Source: Candidatus Bathyarchaeota archaeon
Lineage (GTDB): Archaea; Thermoproteota; Bathyarchaeia; Bathyarchaeales; Bathycorpusculaceae
Direction: 5' to 3'
DNA length: 64,000 bases
Assembly: GCA_963707955.1 (NCBI GenBank)
Contig: OY970176.1
Location: forward strand, 896,001-960,000
The position numbers and the translations under genes are program-made. The stretch's first letter is position 1. Each line of letters begins with the position of its first letter. Positions 17,949-29,117 of this stretch are shown here, piece after piece. The notes under the pieces are model-generated. The model made no database searches, was not told the origin of the DNA, and worked only from the letters and a program-made list of their open reading frames with translations.

Positions 17949-19490
17949 TTACCCCACAAAAACTGTTTTCTCTTTTCTCTTCATCTGTGCCTTGTCCTCG
18001 ACGTACTCTTCGAACAGGGGTATCTGGATGGGCACGGCGAATCTTGTGAAGTTGCTGCTCACAATGGCTTCTCCTTTGTCGAGGCTCGCGATGGTTCTAT
18101 CGTCCGAAGACAGGTCCTGTGCCGCGCTGTCCATCACGGCCTGCCTTTCGGCTGCCAGTTCGTTTCCAAGGATTATCTTGGTGTTCATATTTGCAAGTAT
18201 CGTTCGCGGAATCAAGCTGACCAGCTGAGTTATGGCGATTAATCCTACTCTGAACTTTCTGCCTTCTCTTGCAATCGTGCTGTAGATGCTGTCCCCGCGG
18301 GCTTCAAGAACGTCGGCTCCGAGGACCCTCGGCGCCTCTTCAATCACGACGCTTACCACAGGTTTCTGCTCCAACGTGCCCTCAGACTTGTATCTCTGAT
18401 ACTTGTAGAAGATTCCGCTTGAAACGATGCTTCCTATGAGCAGTTCGGCCTCGTCGAGCAGCTTTGAAGTGTCCACGATGACTTTCTTGCCGTCTTCCAG
18501 AGCCTTCGTGATCTCTTTCGTCGTGGCCATGCCAGCAGTGTCGCTGAAGACGCCGCTTCTGCACTGGATGTTGCCGCTTTCGTCTGTGTAGACGCCGAGA
18601 ACGTTGTCAAACCTTCTCTTCAGCACCTCGAGGGTTCTGGGGGCAACGCCAGCTTCAATGTCAGTTCCCCGCACGATGTTCTCTATCCACTCGTCTCCGA
18701 ACCTGTGGAAGTAGAGGGATATGGCATCCTGCTGTGCGTCGGTGAATGCTACTATGCCCTGGAAGTGTGGAGGCATGATCGACCTGAGGTTTACGACTAG
18801 CGTGTTAGTTCCTGGAACAGGATTTGTGGAGTAATACAGCAGGTTTTGCTTTGCCAGCGGATGGTCCTTCAGCCCCTTCGCGTGCCTCCCATAGTACTCG
18901 TCATGCGGGTCCAAAACGAGTATGCCGATGCCTTCTTGCTCCAGAACGCTCCACAACATGACCTTGACAAGGTTGCTCTTTCCCCTTCCAGTAGTAGCCG
19001 GAATCAACACGTGATGCGTGAGCATGTCCTTTCCATTAACGTAGACGGGCACATCCAGTATCTTCGACCCGCTTCTGACTTTTCCAAGATACACAGGGCT
19101 CTCTGGTTTCGTGAGAAAACAAAGATCTTTCTCGGCAACGTGTCTGATGGTGGAAAAGAACTTGGGAAGGGTCTTGGGAATCTTCAATTCATTGTTCTTG
19201 CCGACCCGTAAGAGTGCCTTGATTTGTGCTATAACATAGTTCCGCAGCTGCGGCTCAAGAAAATCTAGGTCAACGCCCATGCCCTCAAGCTTCATGCCCG
19301 CCAGAAGCTCCCTCACTAGCTGCGGCACTTGACTCCCATAAACAAGCTCGTAGGCCTGAAGAATCACGTATCCTCCATCTTCTTCAGCTACAAGCAGATC
19401 GCCAATCTCTATTTCTCCACCGGCTTTTTCCCTTGCTAGAATCTGCCCGGTTTTCCCCGCGATTATCTGACCTGAAACTTCCAACGTCAC
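17949..19490 (-). CDS. herA: HerA helicase/translocase
   Basis: N-terminal HAS-barrel-like region, TTGRGKS, LDPHDEY, IEEAPR, REGRKF, ITQ. Confidence 0.92.
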   Translation of the reverse strand: MTLEVSGQIIAGKTGQILAREKAGGEIEIGDLLVAEEDGGYVILQAYELVYGSQVPQLVRELLAGMKLEGMGVDLDFLEPQLRNYVIAQIKALLRVGKNNELKIPKTLPKFFSTIRHVAEKDLCFLTKPESPVYLGKVRSGSKILDVPVYVNGKDMLTHHVLIPATTGRGKSNLVKVMLWSVLEQEGIGILVLDPHDEYYGRHAKGLKDHPLAKQNLLYYSTNPVPGTNTLVVNLRSIMPPHFQGIVAFTDAQQDAISLYFHRFGDEWIENIVRGTDIEAGVAPRTLEVLKRRFDNVLGVYTDESGNIQCRSGVFSDTAGMATTKEITKALEDGKKVIVDTSKLLDEAELLIGSIVSSGIFYKYQRYKSEGTLEQKPVVSVVIEEAPRVLGADVLEARGDSIYSTIAREGRKFRVGLIAITQLVSLIPRTILANMNTKIILGNELAAERQAVMDSAAQDLSSDDRTIASLDKGEAIVSSNFTRFAVPIQIPLFEEYVEDKAQMKRKEKTVFVG

Positions 19491-19496
19491 ATTCCA

Positions 19497-20603
19497 TCAA
19501 CCCTTCAACAAGTCTAACACGCCGTGAGCGTCACCAGAACAAATATGCCTCGACATCTTCTTCCACTTACCATGCTTCGATATTTCCGACATAAGCGGCA
19601 CTCTGTACGCATCTATCTCGTCAACGCTCACTCTTGCAAAATTGTCGGCATCTATCAGGCCATAAGGATACCCAGGGAAGCTTATGTCCTTCGAATTGCT
19701 TGCCAAGGCGGAAGTAACCCTGCAAAAATCTTCTTCACTCATTCTCCTCGCCTGCTCACCATAAATCTCATACCTGAAAACATACCTCGCACTCTCATGC
19801 AGCTTAACCACGTAAATGAACGCATTATGCAACACGTTAGCAACCTTGGCTACCTGAAGACACCAAGGACCCTTCACCGCGTAATCCTCAGCCAACTTCT
19901 GCACAGCACCCAACAATGAAAGCCCAGTGGTCGTGAACAGAGTACTCGTCTTCGAAATCCCAGCAAAAAATACCCCTTTGTTCACAGCTGCTTCAACCGC
20001 TCGCGCCAAGTACTTATACTCATTAGTAAGACTCGTCTGCAAACTGCCATCATGAACTATCAAATCTCCCTCCTCAAGCTCCATTTCAATAACATGCCTA
20101 GCAAACTCCCACTCAGCAAACCTCCTCGCAACAGAAGCAACATGCTGAATGTCCGCCCTCTGACTTCCAATCGTGACTGTTCTGTCAAGCGAACTAAACG
20201 ATAGAAACTGAACAGGAACGAAGCCCCCGAACTCAGGCTTCAGAGGAAAGACCGAAGTATCATAAAATATTCCGTCATCTCTGTAATTTGCCATCGTTGC
20301 AGAGTAAAACTCTGCCTTTCTGGGCAAAAACTTAGGAAGGATTCTCTCTCGACCCTTGAAAATGTTAAAGTACACCCTATTCATCTGAACCGAGAAGTTC
20401 GGCGCACCAATCATCTCATTGTTTCCACCATCCACGAAAGCCGTACGAATGCTCGGTTCCATATCTCGGATTGGAACAAAATTGGCAGTGGGAAACGGCA
20501 ACGTTTCATAGTCTGGATTGCCGAAATACGGCTGACCCAAGTCACTTTCCTCAATCTCCAAATCCAGAAACTCTGCCACTCTCTTCGAAACATCTGCAGA
20601 CAT
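19497..20603 (-). CDS. nurA: NurA nuclease
   Basis: FVDGG, HDGSL, GISKTS, GYPYGLIDADNFARV; first gene of the operon. Confidence 0.9.
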   Translation of the reverse strand: MSADVSKRVAEFLDLEIEESDLGQPYFGNPDYETLPFPTANFVPIRDMEPSIRTAFVDGGNNEMIGAPNFSVQMNRVYFNIFKGRERILPKFLPRKAEFYSATMANYRDDGIFYDTSVFPLKPEFGGFVPVQFLSFSSLDRTVTIGSQRADIQHVASVARRFAEWEFARHVIEMELEEGDLIVHDGSLQTSLTNEYKYLARAVEAAVNKGVFFAGISKTSTLFTTTGLSLLGAVQKLAEDYAVKGPWCLQVAKVANVLHNAFIYVVKLHESARYVFRYEIYGEQARRMSEEDFCRVTSALASNSKDISFPGYPYGLIDADNFARVSVDEIDAYRVPLMSEISKHGKWKKMSRHICSGDAHGVLDLLKG

Positions 20604-21114
20604 GTGCTTATCACACAACAATGTACATATGCTCCCAACCTGTTAAAAGAGTATTTCAGCGATGCATGCACAGCGCACGATATGAATCAGAGTTCAGTCA
20701 AAGATCCTTTCACAAGTCATAAAAGGTAAGCATCTCACTCAGCACCGTGATGAAGGAGTTAATTATAAATAATAAACATGAAGATACGAGGCGTTCAGGG
20801 TCAACCTATGACTGAAGTTGATAAAGGACTAAAGAAGTTCGGTATCACAGTGTCCAAGCCAGTGCTGGCTGCAATTGCCATAATATTCGGTCTGCTAGTC
20901 ATAGCATTTCACGACTTGCTTCAGTGGATCGTCGGATTGTACTTCATAATACAGGGCATACTGCTTTTCATAGACTACTATGAACTGAGAAGAAAATAGC
21001 GTAGAGCAGAACAGAATTCCCCACACTTTTTTCTCCTATGCGAAGCGCGCGCAGACATGTGCTTTATCGAACAACAACATATGTATGCTTTCAACTCGTT
21101 AAAAGAGTATTTCA
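20596..21114. repeat. Imperfect direct repeat of about 63 bp (20596-20658 and 21051-21114) covering the nurA promoter and start
   Basis: gcagacatgtgctt...gttaaaagagtatttca in both copies; 10 mismatches and 1 gap by hand alignment. Confidence 0.85.
20808..20999 (+). CDS. Small two-TM membrane protein (DUF3096-like)
   Basis: LAAIAIIFGLLVIAFHDLLQWIVGLYFII; followed by a T-rich tract. Confidence 0.7.
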   Translation: MTEVDKGLKKFGITVSKPVLAAIAIIFGLLVIAFHDLLQWIVGLYFIIQGILLFIDYYELRRK

Positions 21115-21380
21115 ACCGGCGCGCCCGCGCTGAAAAGGTGGTAGACAGCAAATATCGCATTGCAGAGCCGATGCTGGCCTATGGTATTCTTAGAGAACCT
21201 TTCAACGAATGATGGCATTTAGTAGACCTACCCCTACTTGGTAGGGGTACCCCTACTAACACCTCGATTCCCAAAAAACAAAACGGGCAAGATGCGGGAG
21301 CCCTAGGTACTGTCATGCTTGTTTTCTCGTTCTAAATCTTGTCTTCAAAAGAGTGCGCGCGTTGGATGGAGACTTGGTTC

Positions 21381-21740
21381 CTACCTTTCGTCCAGCCAGC
21401 ATACTCTCCATTCGGAGACGCGTTGACCGCGTATTTTAGCAGTCCAAATGTTTGGGCCATCGAGTGGTTTGAAAGAACAGGTAGAATAGCCAACTATAAC
21501 GACAACATTGCCTTGAATTGTTACACAGGTGAATATGTTTCTGTAATCAGGGTATTTCTTGAAGAATTCTCTCCAACCCTCTTTCACAGCATTTTTGCCC
21601 TTAGTCGTCTCTCCCTTGTTATTTGCTATGACAATGAGCGCGTGGTCATCAGTCATCAGTTCAGCTAAGCCTTCCAGGTCTCGCTGGTTAATTCTTTCAT
21701 TGAACCTCAAAGCAGGCAACATTAACTTTGAAGAATCCAT
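21381..21740 (-). CDS. SnoaL/NTF2-like protein
   Basis: FNERINQRDLEGLAELMTDDH...GWREFF...VSEWRV. Confidence 0.75.
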   Translation of the reverse strand: MDSSKLMLPALRFNERINQRDLEGLAELMTDDHALIVIANNKGETTKGKNAVKEGWREFFKKYPDYRNIFTCVTIQGNVVVIVGYSTCSFKPLDGPNIWTAKIRGQRVSEWRVCWLDER

Positions 21741-22060
21741 TTCGATTTGAAAAATAAGAATCAGTCAATTTAAGCCTTCGCATTTTCTGCTACACCATCC
21801 CTCTATCACCTTTCTTAAGCCAGTTTATCCAATTTACTCCTAGAAGAAAACGGTCATGTGGCGACGGGCGCGCGCACTTCAATTCGTTACACTTGATGGT
21901 TCTTTCCACATTCTGCAAACCTTCTCAAAATCACAATTTGTTACAGTCCGGTCGACAAAAGAATTTCGCCAAGTCAGTATTGCTAATAGCGCGCGCGGCC
22001 TTCATCCACGACTACGCGAACTCTTTTAAATATTAATCTTCACAAAGAACAAAGAACGAC

Positions 22061-22897
22061 GTGATAGAAATGAACGACAGTTTTCCGCCGGTAACAATCC
22101 GTGACTCAGAATTGAGGTTCCTTAAATCGAGATTGTTGGGAAAAGAGTACAAGATTCAGGTTGCATTACCGGCAGGTTACGCTGAGAGCAAAGAAACGTA
22201 TCCTGTTCTCTACCTGTTGGACGCGGATAACTGCTTCGGCGATATCACTGAGACCGTTCGCTTCCTGGCAGCTGTTGGGAAAACGTTCAGTATGGAGGTG
22301 CCCGATATGATCGTCGTCGGCATCGGGTACCCACTTGATTTTGCGAAACCATCCGAATACTATACAAGATGGGGTAGCGCGCGCTCTAAAGACCTCACGC
22401 CTACCAAAGTGGAGCCAAACGCTTTATGGCCTTTATCTGGCGGAGCCAGCGATTTTATGGCCTTCATCCGGGATGACCTCAAACCCCTGATCAACTCGAA
22501 CTATAGAGCCAACCCTGAAGACAATACCATACTAGGAGTTTCATTTGGAGGTCTGTTTGCGCTATACGTACTCTTCCACAGACCAGACACTTTCAATCGC
22601 TATATCGTCCTAAGCCCATCATTATGGTGGGACAAGAAAGTGACATTCGATTATGAGCGTGAGTACGCCAACGAACACACTGAACTCCCCGCGAGACTGT
22701 TTCTATCCATAGGCTCACTAGAAAAAAACGACTCGCAAGATCATCTACGGGAATTTGTGCAAATTCTTAAAAAAAGAAACTACAAGGGTCTTGAATGGGC
22801 TTCCCATATTTGTGAAGGCGAAAATCACATAACCGCCTTTTATGCAGCAAAATGCCGAGCAATCCTCTTGGTATTCTCATCGCCAAAGAAAGACTAA
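22061..22897 (+). CDS. Alpha/beta-hydrolase esterase (IroE/BesA-like)
   Basis: YPVLYLLDA, IVVGIGYP, GVSFGG, SPSLWW, GENH. Confidence 0.85.
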   Translation: MIEMNDSFPPVTIRDSELRFLKSRLLGKEYKIQVALPAGYAESKETYPVLYLLDADNCFGDITETVRFLAAVGKTFSMEVPDMIVVGIGYPLDFAKPSEYYTRWGSARSKDLTPTKVEPNALWPLSGGASDFMAFIRDDLKPLINSNYRANPEDNTILGVSFGGLFALYVLFHRPDTFNRYIVLSPSLWWDKKVTFDYEREYANEHTELPARLFLSIGSLEKNDSQDHLREFVQILKKRNYKGLEWASHICEGENHITAFYAAKCRAILLVFSSPKKD

Positions 22898-23007
22898 GCC
22901 AGAATGCTGCAGGAACGTCCGCCCAATTTGCAGACACGTGAAAGCGCGCGCTAGAGCACAAGCTTTAAGCATCTCAAAAAGTGAGCTGTTTGGGCTGGGG
23001 GTAGAAC

Positions 23008-23511
23008 TTGGACGAAAACATTGCAGAGGTTATCTTTGATCCTGAGGCTAAACGAATTGTGAGGATGACTTTTTATCGTGATGATCTTCGTTTCCGGTGT
23101 ATACGCTGTGCTGTCTTCTGCTGCAAGCTTGGGGGACCAATACTCACTAAGAGCGATATGGAGCGTGCAAAGCTGGCAGGACACTGGTTGGAAGACTCTT
23201 TGGAGACAACAGCGGATCCGAAGTTCAAGCGCTTGCCTATGACTGTTGGAAACTTAAAAAACAATAAAGCCGGATCGTGTATTTTCCTAAAATCCAGCCC
23301 AAGGAGAGGAGTTTACGAGTGTCCGATCTACGATTCTAGACCAGCTCGCTGCAGATTGTACCCGTTCGACTTTGAAACAATCAGTCCGAACTCCTTCACG
23401 CTTAAACTTATTCCTTGCTGCAACGGCCTAAACGCTGAAGATGGTGAGTTGGTGAATGAAAACTTCATTACGAAACATTTGCTTAACGCCTTGTTGGACC
23501 TGTTCGTATGA
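23008..23511 (+). CDS. YkgJ-family cysteine-cluster protein
   Basis: FRCIRCAVFCC, CIFL, CPIYDSRPARCRLYPF. Confidence 0.85.
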   Translation: MDENIAEVIFDPEAKRIVRMTFYRDDLRFRCIRCAVFCCKLGGPILTKSDMERAKLAGHWLEDSLETTADPKFKRLPMTVGNLKNNKAGSCIFLKSSPRRGVYECPIYDSRPARCRLYPFDFETISPNSFTLKLIPCCNGLNAEDGELVNENFITKHLLNALLDLFV

Positions 23512-23611
23512 GCGCGCGCTGTTACGCTGGACTGTTACAAAAGCCCATCAAAAACGGGTATTCTCAGTTAGCGCGCGCGATTATTGTTTTGAGCCTCAAG
23601 CGCGGAAGTTT

Positions 23612-24877
23612 TCATGATTTTTCGATTGGACGCGGCCTTGGCTCCTTTATTCGAACGAGTATCAACGTTGCCAACACAAATATCGGTGTCGAGGCGATGA
23701 AGGGAGACAGTGGACCCAGAGTTTGAAAGAGGTAACCTCCTACTATTTGTGCTGGAATGGCGGTGATCAGCGAGAACACACTGAACATAGCCATTATTCT
23801 CCCACGCATCTCTTGCGGTGAAAGATTCGCCTGAAGCGCCGTCAGCGACGGGCCTAGTAAAGCACCGCTCGCGCCGCCTATTGAAGTCCACGTTACAAAG
23901 TCGTCTGCTCCTTTGGCCCTCACGAATATGAGTTGATTCACAGGAATTGAAAGAGAAGCGTAAACCGCACTTTTCGCCAGACCGACTCTTTCGATTATTC
24001 TGGCCGCAGGCAGCAAGAGCAAGACGCTGATCAGTCCAGCAACATTTGTTAGAAGACCATAGAATTCTGGGGCCAAATGTGCGACGTTTACCAGATAGAT
24101 CGATGTGTAGGGCACGGTCATGGCCGTTCCAGCACTAGCCAAAACGGCGTAGATCAGAAGCTTCTTTGCTCCGTCCGTGGCGTTTCGCAGAACAAACAAA
24201 TTGTCCGCGAAAAAGTCTGAAAGAAGACGCCGAATTTGCTTTTTCTCCTTCCCCTTAACCCCCACGTAGGTCTCTTTAAGCGTGACAGCCCTGTATGACA
24301 CTCCAATGACGCCTAGGAGCCCACTGAAGAAAAACGCTATGCGCAGCCCTTCAAGTGTTCCAAGCGTCTGCATCAGTGTCCCTCCAACGTATGGGAAGAA
24401 AATCGAGGGCAACGAAGTAACAAGCGTGAAGGAAACCAAACCCCGCGCCCTAAGCTCCGGCTCCATAGAATCAGTCAAAGTCGCATTGAACGCAGGACCA
24501 TAAATCCCCGAGATCGCCCCAATCACTATGGGAATCATCAAAAGAACCGGCGCTGATATGAAAATGAACACAAAAGCGGAGCCAGCGCTCAGAAAACTGA
24601 AGACAACGATAACTTTTCTTCTACCCCAAGCATCCGCAACATATCCGCCTACTAATTGCATCAAAGCCGTGACAGCCGAGTTGACACCTAAGAGAACACC
24701 GATGAAAAACGAACTCGCCCCCAAACCTGAGAAATAAACAGACTGATACGGGCTAATCATCGCCCCCCCGATATTCCAAACAGTTGAGCTCAGAGCAAGA
24801 ACCCACGTGTTGCCCGGAAGATAGAACCTTCCTCGCCAATTCTTCGAAAGCTCTCTGGATTCACCGGAACCAGCCAA
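23612..24877 (-). CDS. MFS transporter
   Basis: GGYVADAWGRRK motif A; about 12 hydrophobic segments. Confidence 0.9.
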   Translation of the reverse strand: MAGSGESRELSKNWRGRFYLPGNTWVLALSSTVWNIGGAMISPYQSVYFSGLGASSFFIGVLLGVNSAVTALMQLVGGYVADAWGRRKVIVVFSFLSAGSAFVFIFISAPVLLMIPIVIGAISGIYGPAFNATLTDSMEPELRARGLVSFTLVTSLPSIFFPYVGGTLMQTLGTLEGLRIAFFFSGLLGVIGVSYRAVTLKETYVGVKGKEKKQIRRLLSDFFADNLFVLRNATDGAKKLLIYAVLASAGTAMTVPYTSIYLVNVAHLAPEFYGLLTNVAGLISVLLLLPAARIIERVGLAKSAVYASLSIPVNQLIFVRAKGADDFVTWTSIGGASGALLGPSLTALQANLSPQEMRGRIMAMFSVFSLITAIPAQIVGGYLFQTLGPLSPFIASTPIFVLATLILVRIKEPRPRPIEKS

Positions 24878-24976
24878 TGAAATAGACCTCTGAGCCTACG
24901 GTACAAGAAAACATATAAAAGCTTGATGAACAGCCCACTGCGCGCGCCACTTGAGTATCCTGTTTTTCTGCATCTG

Positions 24977-25399
24977 TCACTTGCTTCTACGCAGAAGATA
25001 GGACATCTGGACTTCCACTATTTTGCTGCCTCTCCAGACGTCTTTCTGAAAAACGTATTTATCATCTAAGAGATACAGACGAAAGTCAAACACAAGATCG
25101 CCGTAGATCCCTCTGACTGAAACAAAATTCCCTTTCTTCACGCCTTCGGCAGAAAAATCCCTCTGGGACAAAACCACCTTGTCGCCCACTAGTCTTATGA
25201 CCATGTCCCTCGTAACATCTTTGCCCTTGTCAAGTCCCAGAGCCGTGATACTGATCGTTTCAGAATCCTTGATCTTCATTATCTCCTCGTATTCTTCGAC
25301 CTTAACTTCGTGGTTAGGGGTGACAGTAACGTCTCTCGTCACCCAAGTCCCCTCCAAAAACGCGACTATTTCGTTCGCTCTTCTTCTATCTTCTGCCAA
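24977..25399 (-). CDS. Hypothetical beta-rich protein
   Basis: 140 aa ORF with FLEGTW start; lipocalin-like by inference. Confidence 0.6.
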   Translation of the reverse strand: MAEDRRRANEIVAFLEGTWVTRDVTVTPNHEVKVEEYEEIMKIKDSETISITALGLDKGKDVTRDMVIRLVGDKVVLSQRDFSAEGVKKGNFVSVRGIYGDLVFDFRLYLLDDKYVFQKDVWRGSKIVEVQMSYLLRRSK

Positions 25400-25802
25400 A
25401 TCAAAAGCCCCTTCCTACATTTACTAAGCAACATTTTCATAAAAAAACATTGCAGCAAGATCCGTCCCATTGACCGGGAACCCCTGCTCGTTCTTCCGCG
25501 CGCGCAAAATAAGGATTAACTGTTTTTGATGGACTTTCGTAACGATTTTGCTGTAACGATCAGTAACAAGTCCAGTTTTTCTGGAATTCTCAGAATTACA
25601 ATGAACACAACGTTGATTTTTGAGGTTTTGTGACACTTTGCTGAAAGAGACCAGTTCTCAAAGAATTGGGCTTCTTTTTGCGGTACCGCAATGAAATATT
25701 CGCAAGAATGTGGAGCGCGCTCTGGTTTTTGAACTCTACCACACGCTTCAGTATTAGCGAGTCTGCAGAAGCAAGAGTACGCATAACAAATGCAGTCTTT
25801 GA

Positions 25803-26327
25803 CTACGATGTTTCAACTTTGGCGGAGTTGATTTTCACCATAGAATTCACTGCTAAATCGATTTTGGGTTCAACAAGTAGATAGTAGTCAAATACTTTCT
25901 TGATTCGCCGTGGGGCAAGCCCTGTGCTGAATATTTTGTACATTTTGATGAGTTGGGGTTGAATGCGAAGGATATCCGTTAGCGTTACTAACCCAAGCAA
26001 CTCGCCTTTTCTTATGATGGGCATCTTTTTGATGTTCTTCTCGAACATTAGTTTTGACGCATCTCCGATTTCAACAGTGGGTTCCACAGATATCAAGGGT
26101 GTAGACATCACTTCCTCAACTCTTATTCTCTTGAGGTTTTCGGACTTGGCAAGAATCCTTTTCAGAAGATCTCGCTCTGTAAGTATTCCCACAGCCTTTT
26201 TGTTTTCTGTGACGATTAAGCACCCTATCTCATGGTCATTCATCAGCTTAACAGCTTCTTCCACCGTTGAGTTACTCGTTGTGGTTACAACTTTCGTTAC
26301 CATTATGTCACGCATTCGAACTGACAT
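25803..26327 (-). CDS. CBS-domain protein
   Basis: Two CBS repeats (DIM..KVVT, VGILTERDL; EVMSTPLIS, LGLVTLTDI). Confidence 0.88.
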   Translation of the reverse strand: MSVRMRDIMVTKVVTTTSNSTVEEAVKLMNDHEIGCLIVTENKKAVGILTERDLLKRILAKSENLKRIRVEEVMSTPLISVEPTVEIGDASKLMFEKNIKKMPIIRKGELLGLVTLTDILRIQPQLIKMYKIFSTGLAPRRIKKVFDYYLLVEPKIDLAVNSMVKINSAKVETS

Positions 26328-26733
26328 TTGGAGTTTCCCTGAACGTTCTATAATGGAAAGAGGGATAAGGCTTGTGAAGTCTTAATAAATATCCAGAGTC
26401 CAACCCTCGCGGTAGCGCGCTAGCGTGTTCCTAAATTCCTTTTCTTAAGTGTGATAGAGTTGATTTGCGCCTTCTGAACGATGCTCATCGTATCCCGACG
26501 TCCATCACTATCCATAGACGGAGTAAAGCCGGAAGCACAAGATACTCTGCAAACGAATTCAGGAACAGGCATGCGCGCGTAACAAACCGTCACAGAAATT
26601 CTTTTCTACGAAGGTTTGTAACAATCATTAATTTCGGACTCTCTTCTGCCTGTGTTGAAAGAATTGTAAAATGTAACAAGTTACTTTGCGCGCTGTTTTT
26701 CCATGAAAAACGGTGAATATCTTATGAGGAACC

Positions 26734-28026
26734 TTGGCCAACCTTGTACGGCGCGTGAGCTTGGGAAAGGATGAGTCGAGGGGCCGCCTCCGCCCTGGAC
26801 AAAGGCTTCAACGGTTTTCACGTCTGTTTTCGAAGGCAGGCCTCTCCGGTTTATCCTCTCAGGTTTACATCTTGGTTTTTCTGGGCTTTCTTATCTCGCT
26901 TGGAAGGAACATTGCTTTTTCTTATCTTGCCATGTTCTTGGCTGGGAAAACTCAGAGCGGCGGATTAGCATTCGACCCCTCGCTCGTCGGCCTGATGCTT
27001 ACAATAGGCGGACTCGCAAACACCTTCGCTCTTCCAACGGCAGGTCACCTGTGCGACAGGTTCGGAAGAAAAAGAATAATGCTTTATTCACTCATTCCAC
27101 AGGTTGCGCTGACCCTTGGCTTCGCGTACGCTCGCAGTTATGCAGAGTTCCTGTCACTATTCGCAGCTCTGTCGATCGTGATGGCGCTTTACCAACCCGC
27201 GCACAGCGCCATGATCGCAGACTTGGTTGAGCCCGAGAAAAGAGAGCACGCTTACGGTCTTGACTACATGATCGGCAACGTCGGTTTCATGATCGGGCTG
27301 CCCATCGGAGGCTTGATCGCAAGTACAAGCGGATTCTCTGTGCTCTACTTCTACTGCACTGTTCTTGTGGGTGCAACGGCAGCCGGCGTCAGCCTGCTGA
27401 TCAAAGAATCAAAGCCTGAACAGGGCTCCAATGCACCCTTAATCGTCGTTGGTTCAGTATTCCGAAACAAGGTTTTCATGCTCTTCTGCCTCATGATGTT
27501 CTTCACGAACTTCCTCTACGCGCAGTTCTACAGCCTGCTCTCCGTCTACACCGAACACCTCGGCTTCGAACCGTACGTCTTTGGCACTCTTTCCTCGATA
27601 GCCGGCGCTATGGTTGTAACGCTCCAAATCCCCATCAGGCTGGGCACAGTGCGAATAGGTCCCGCAAAAGCATTCATAATCGCTCAGACGCTCTTTGCCG
27701 CCGGATTCACCTGTTTCATGTTTGCCTCAAACTTCATCGAATTCGTAGCAGCCATTGCCCTTCTGACACTTGGGGAAATGATCTATTACCCGGCGAGTTC
27801 GGCTTTTGCCGCTAATCTTGCACCAGCAGACCAGATGGGCAGATACATTGCCATGATGGGACTGTTCTCAGGAATAGGAGGTTCAACAGCTTCAGTCGCA
27901 GTCTTCAGCATTTACGGAATGCTGGTCAACAAAACCACAGTATGGGGCATATGGGGAGCCCTCGGGTTTGCGGTTCTTCCAGGCTATTTTCTGCTATCCA
28001 AAGTCACCAAGAACCACAAGAAATAG
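26734..28026 (+). CDS. MFS transporter
   Basis: GHLCDRFGRKR, PAHSAMIADL, about 12 TMs; start position uncertain. Confidence 0.88.
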   Translation: MANLVRRVSLGKDESRGRLRPGQRLQRFSRLFSKAGLSGLSSQVYILVFLGFLISLGRNIAFSYLAMFLAGKTQSGGLAFDPSLVGLMLTIGGLANTFALPTAGHLCDRFGRKRIMLYSLIPQVALTLGFAYARSYAEFLSLFAALSIVMALYQPAHSAMIADLVEPEKREHAYGLDYMIGNVGFMIGLPIGGLIASTSGFSVLYFYCTVLVGATAAGVSLLIKESKPEQGSNAPLIVVGSVFRNKVFMLFCLMMFFTNFLYAQFYSLLSVYTEHLGFEPYVFGTLSSIAGAMVVTLQIPIRLGTVRIGPAKAFIIAQTLFAAGFTCFMFASNFIEFVAAIALLTLGEMIYYPASSAFAANLAPADQMGRYIAMMGLFSGIGGSTASVAVFSIYGMLVNKTTVWGIWGALGFAVLPGYFLLSKVTKNHKK

Positions 28027-28465
28027 TAGCACACGCGAAACAAACTCCCGAAGACAACGCCACTGAACCCGTTTTCTCCACGGTTAAACAACACAGCCAC
28101 CACAATTCAGAAAGCCAAAATGATTGAACCGAACAACCGAAACAGCACACACGACTTCAAAGCCATCACACGACCATATCAAAAAAACGTATATGCAAAA
28201 CGTATAAGCAACACGAAGCATCGACACAAAGCTGAACAACTCGCTCCCAGCATACTTTTTCAACGACAACATCAACATGACCAGGACCGAAGCAAGCCTA
28301 CGCTGGGCAACGCGGGCAAGTCTCTGGCACACCGGCGTTTCCTTGAACTGCAGCATGTGGCAACTGATTCATATTTCAACTTCACAAACGACATATCTCA
28401 CCTAAGGAACGAATTACTTGAAAGCTTGCAGCGGAAGCGGAAGAAAAAGTGCAAGGTGATCGATC

Positions 28466-28918
28466 ATGCTAACCAGCATCCTAGTCGTTGACGATGACGC
28501 CGGAGTGAGAACCATGCTCTCAACGGTACTGGGCGATGAGGGATACCTGGTTGAAGCCGTGGAAAACGGCAAGCAGGCAGTCAAGACCTGTGAAAAATCT
28601 TCTTTCGACGTCGCCCTCATCGACATCGAACTGCCAGACATGAAAGGCACCGAACTTCTCAACAAACTGAAGAGAATACAGCCTAAAATGATCAGGATAA
28701 TCATCACGGGACACCCCAGCCTCGAAAGCGCCATGAAAGCCGTCAACGAAAGGGCAGACGGATACGTACTGAAGCCCTTCGAGGTAACAGAACTACTGCA
28801 AAAAATAAGAAGACTCCTAGAAGAGAAGACCAACGAGTACCTGCGCATCTCCACAGAAACCGCTCACGAAAAAGAGAGCACTCCAGCCGTCAAGTACCAA
28901 CGCCCAGACAGATGGTAA
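28466..28918 (+). CDS. Stand-alone response regulator receiver
   Basis: ILVVDDD, ALIDIELPDMKG, ITG, YVLKPF. Confidence 0.9.
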   Translation: MLTSILVVDDDAGVRTMLSTVLGDEGYLVEAVENGKQAVKTCEKSSFDVALIDIELPDMKGTELLNKLKRIQPKMIRIIITGHPSLESAMKAVNERADGYVLKPFEVTELLQKIRRLLEEKTNEYLRISTETAHEKESTPAVKYQRPDRW

Positions 28919-29117
28919 CGAATCAAAACCATTTTTGACCATTTTAGGAACACGCATGCGCGCTATCTTATGCGAGTGAGCGCAAAATCAATAAATATCA
29001 GTGAACGGCAAATTAGCGCGCGCCAGATGGAGTCTGAAATGAACTCATCGGCAAAAAGACCCTATCGAAAAAAGGACTCGCGCTAGACGCAAGCGGATAA
29101 AATCAGCAAAGAGAGGC

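Noticed and set aside
25424-25720. Transposase remnant (CVHCNSENSRKTG Zn-ribbon-like)
   Set aside because: Only a short CxxC match, with no DDE domain or terminal repeats. It overlaps a GTAAC-rich spacer element and may be chance.
28084-28491. ORFs 28120-28491 and 28084-28356 as real genes
   Set aside because: Low-complexity, A/C-skewed spacer translations with no recognisable motif.
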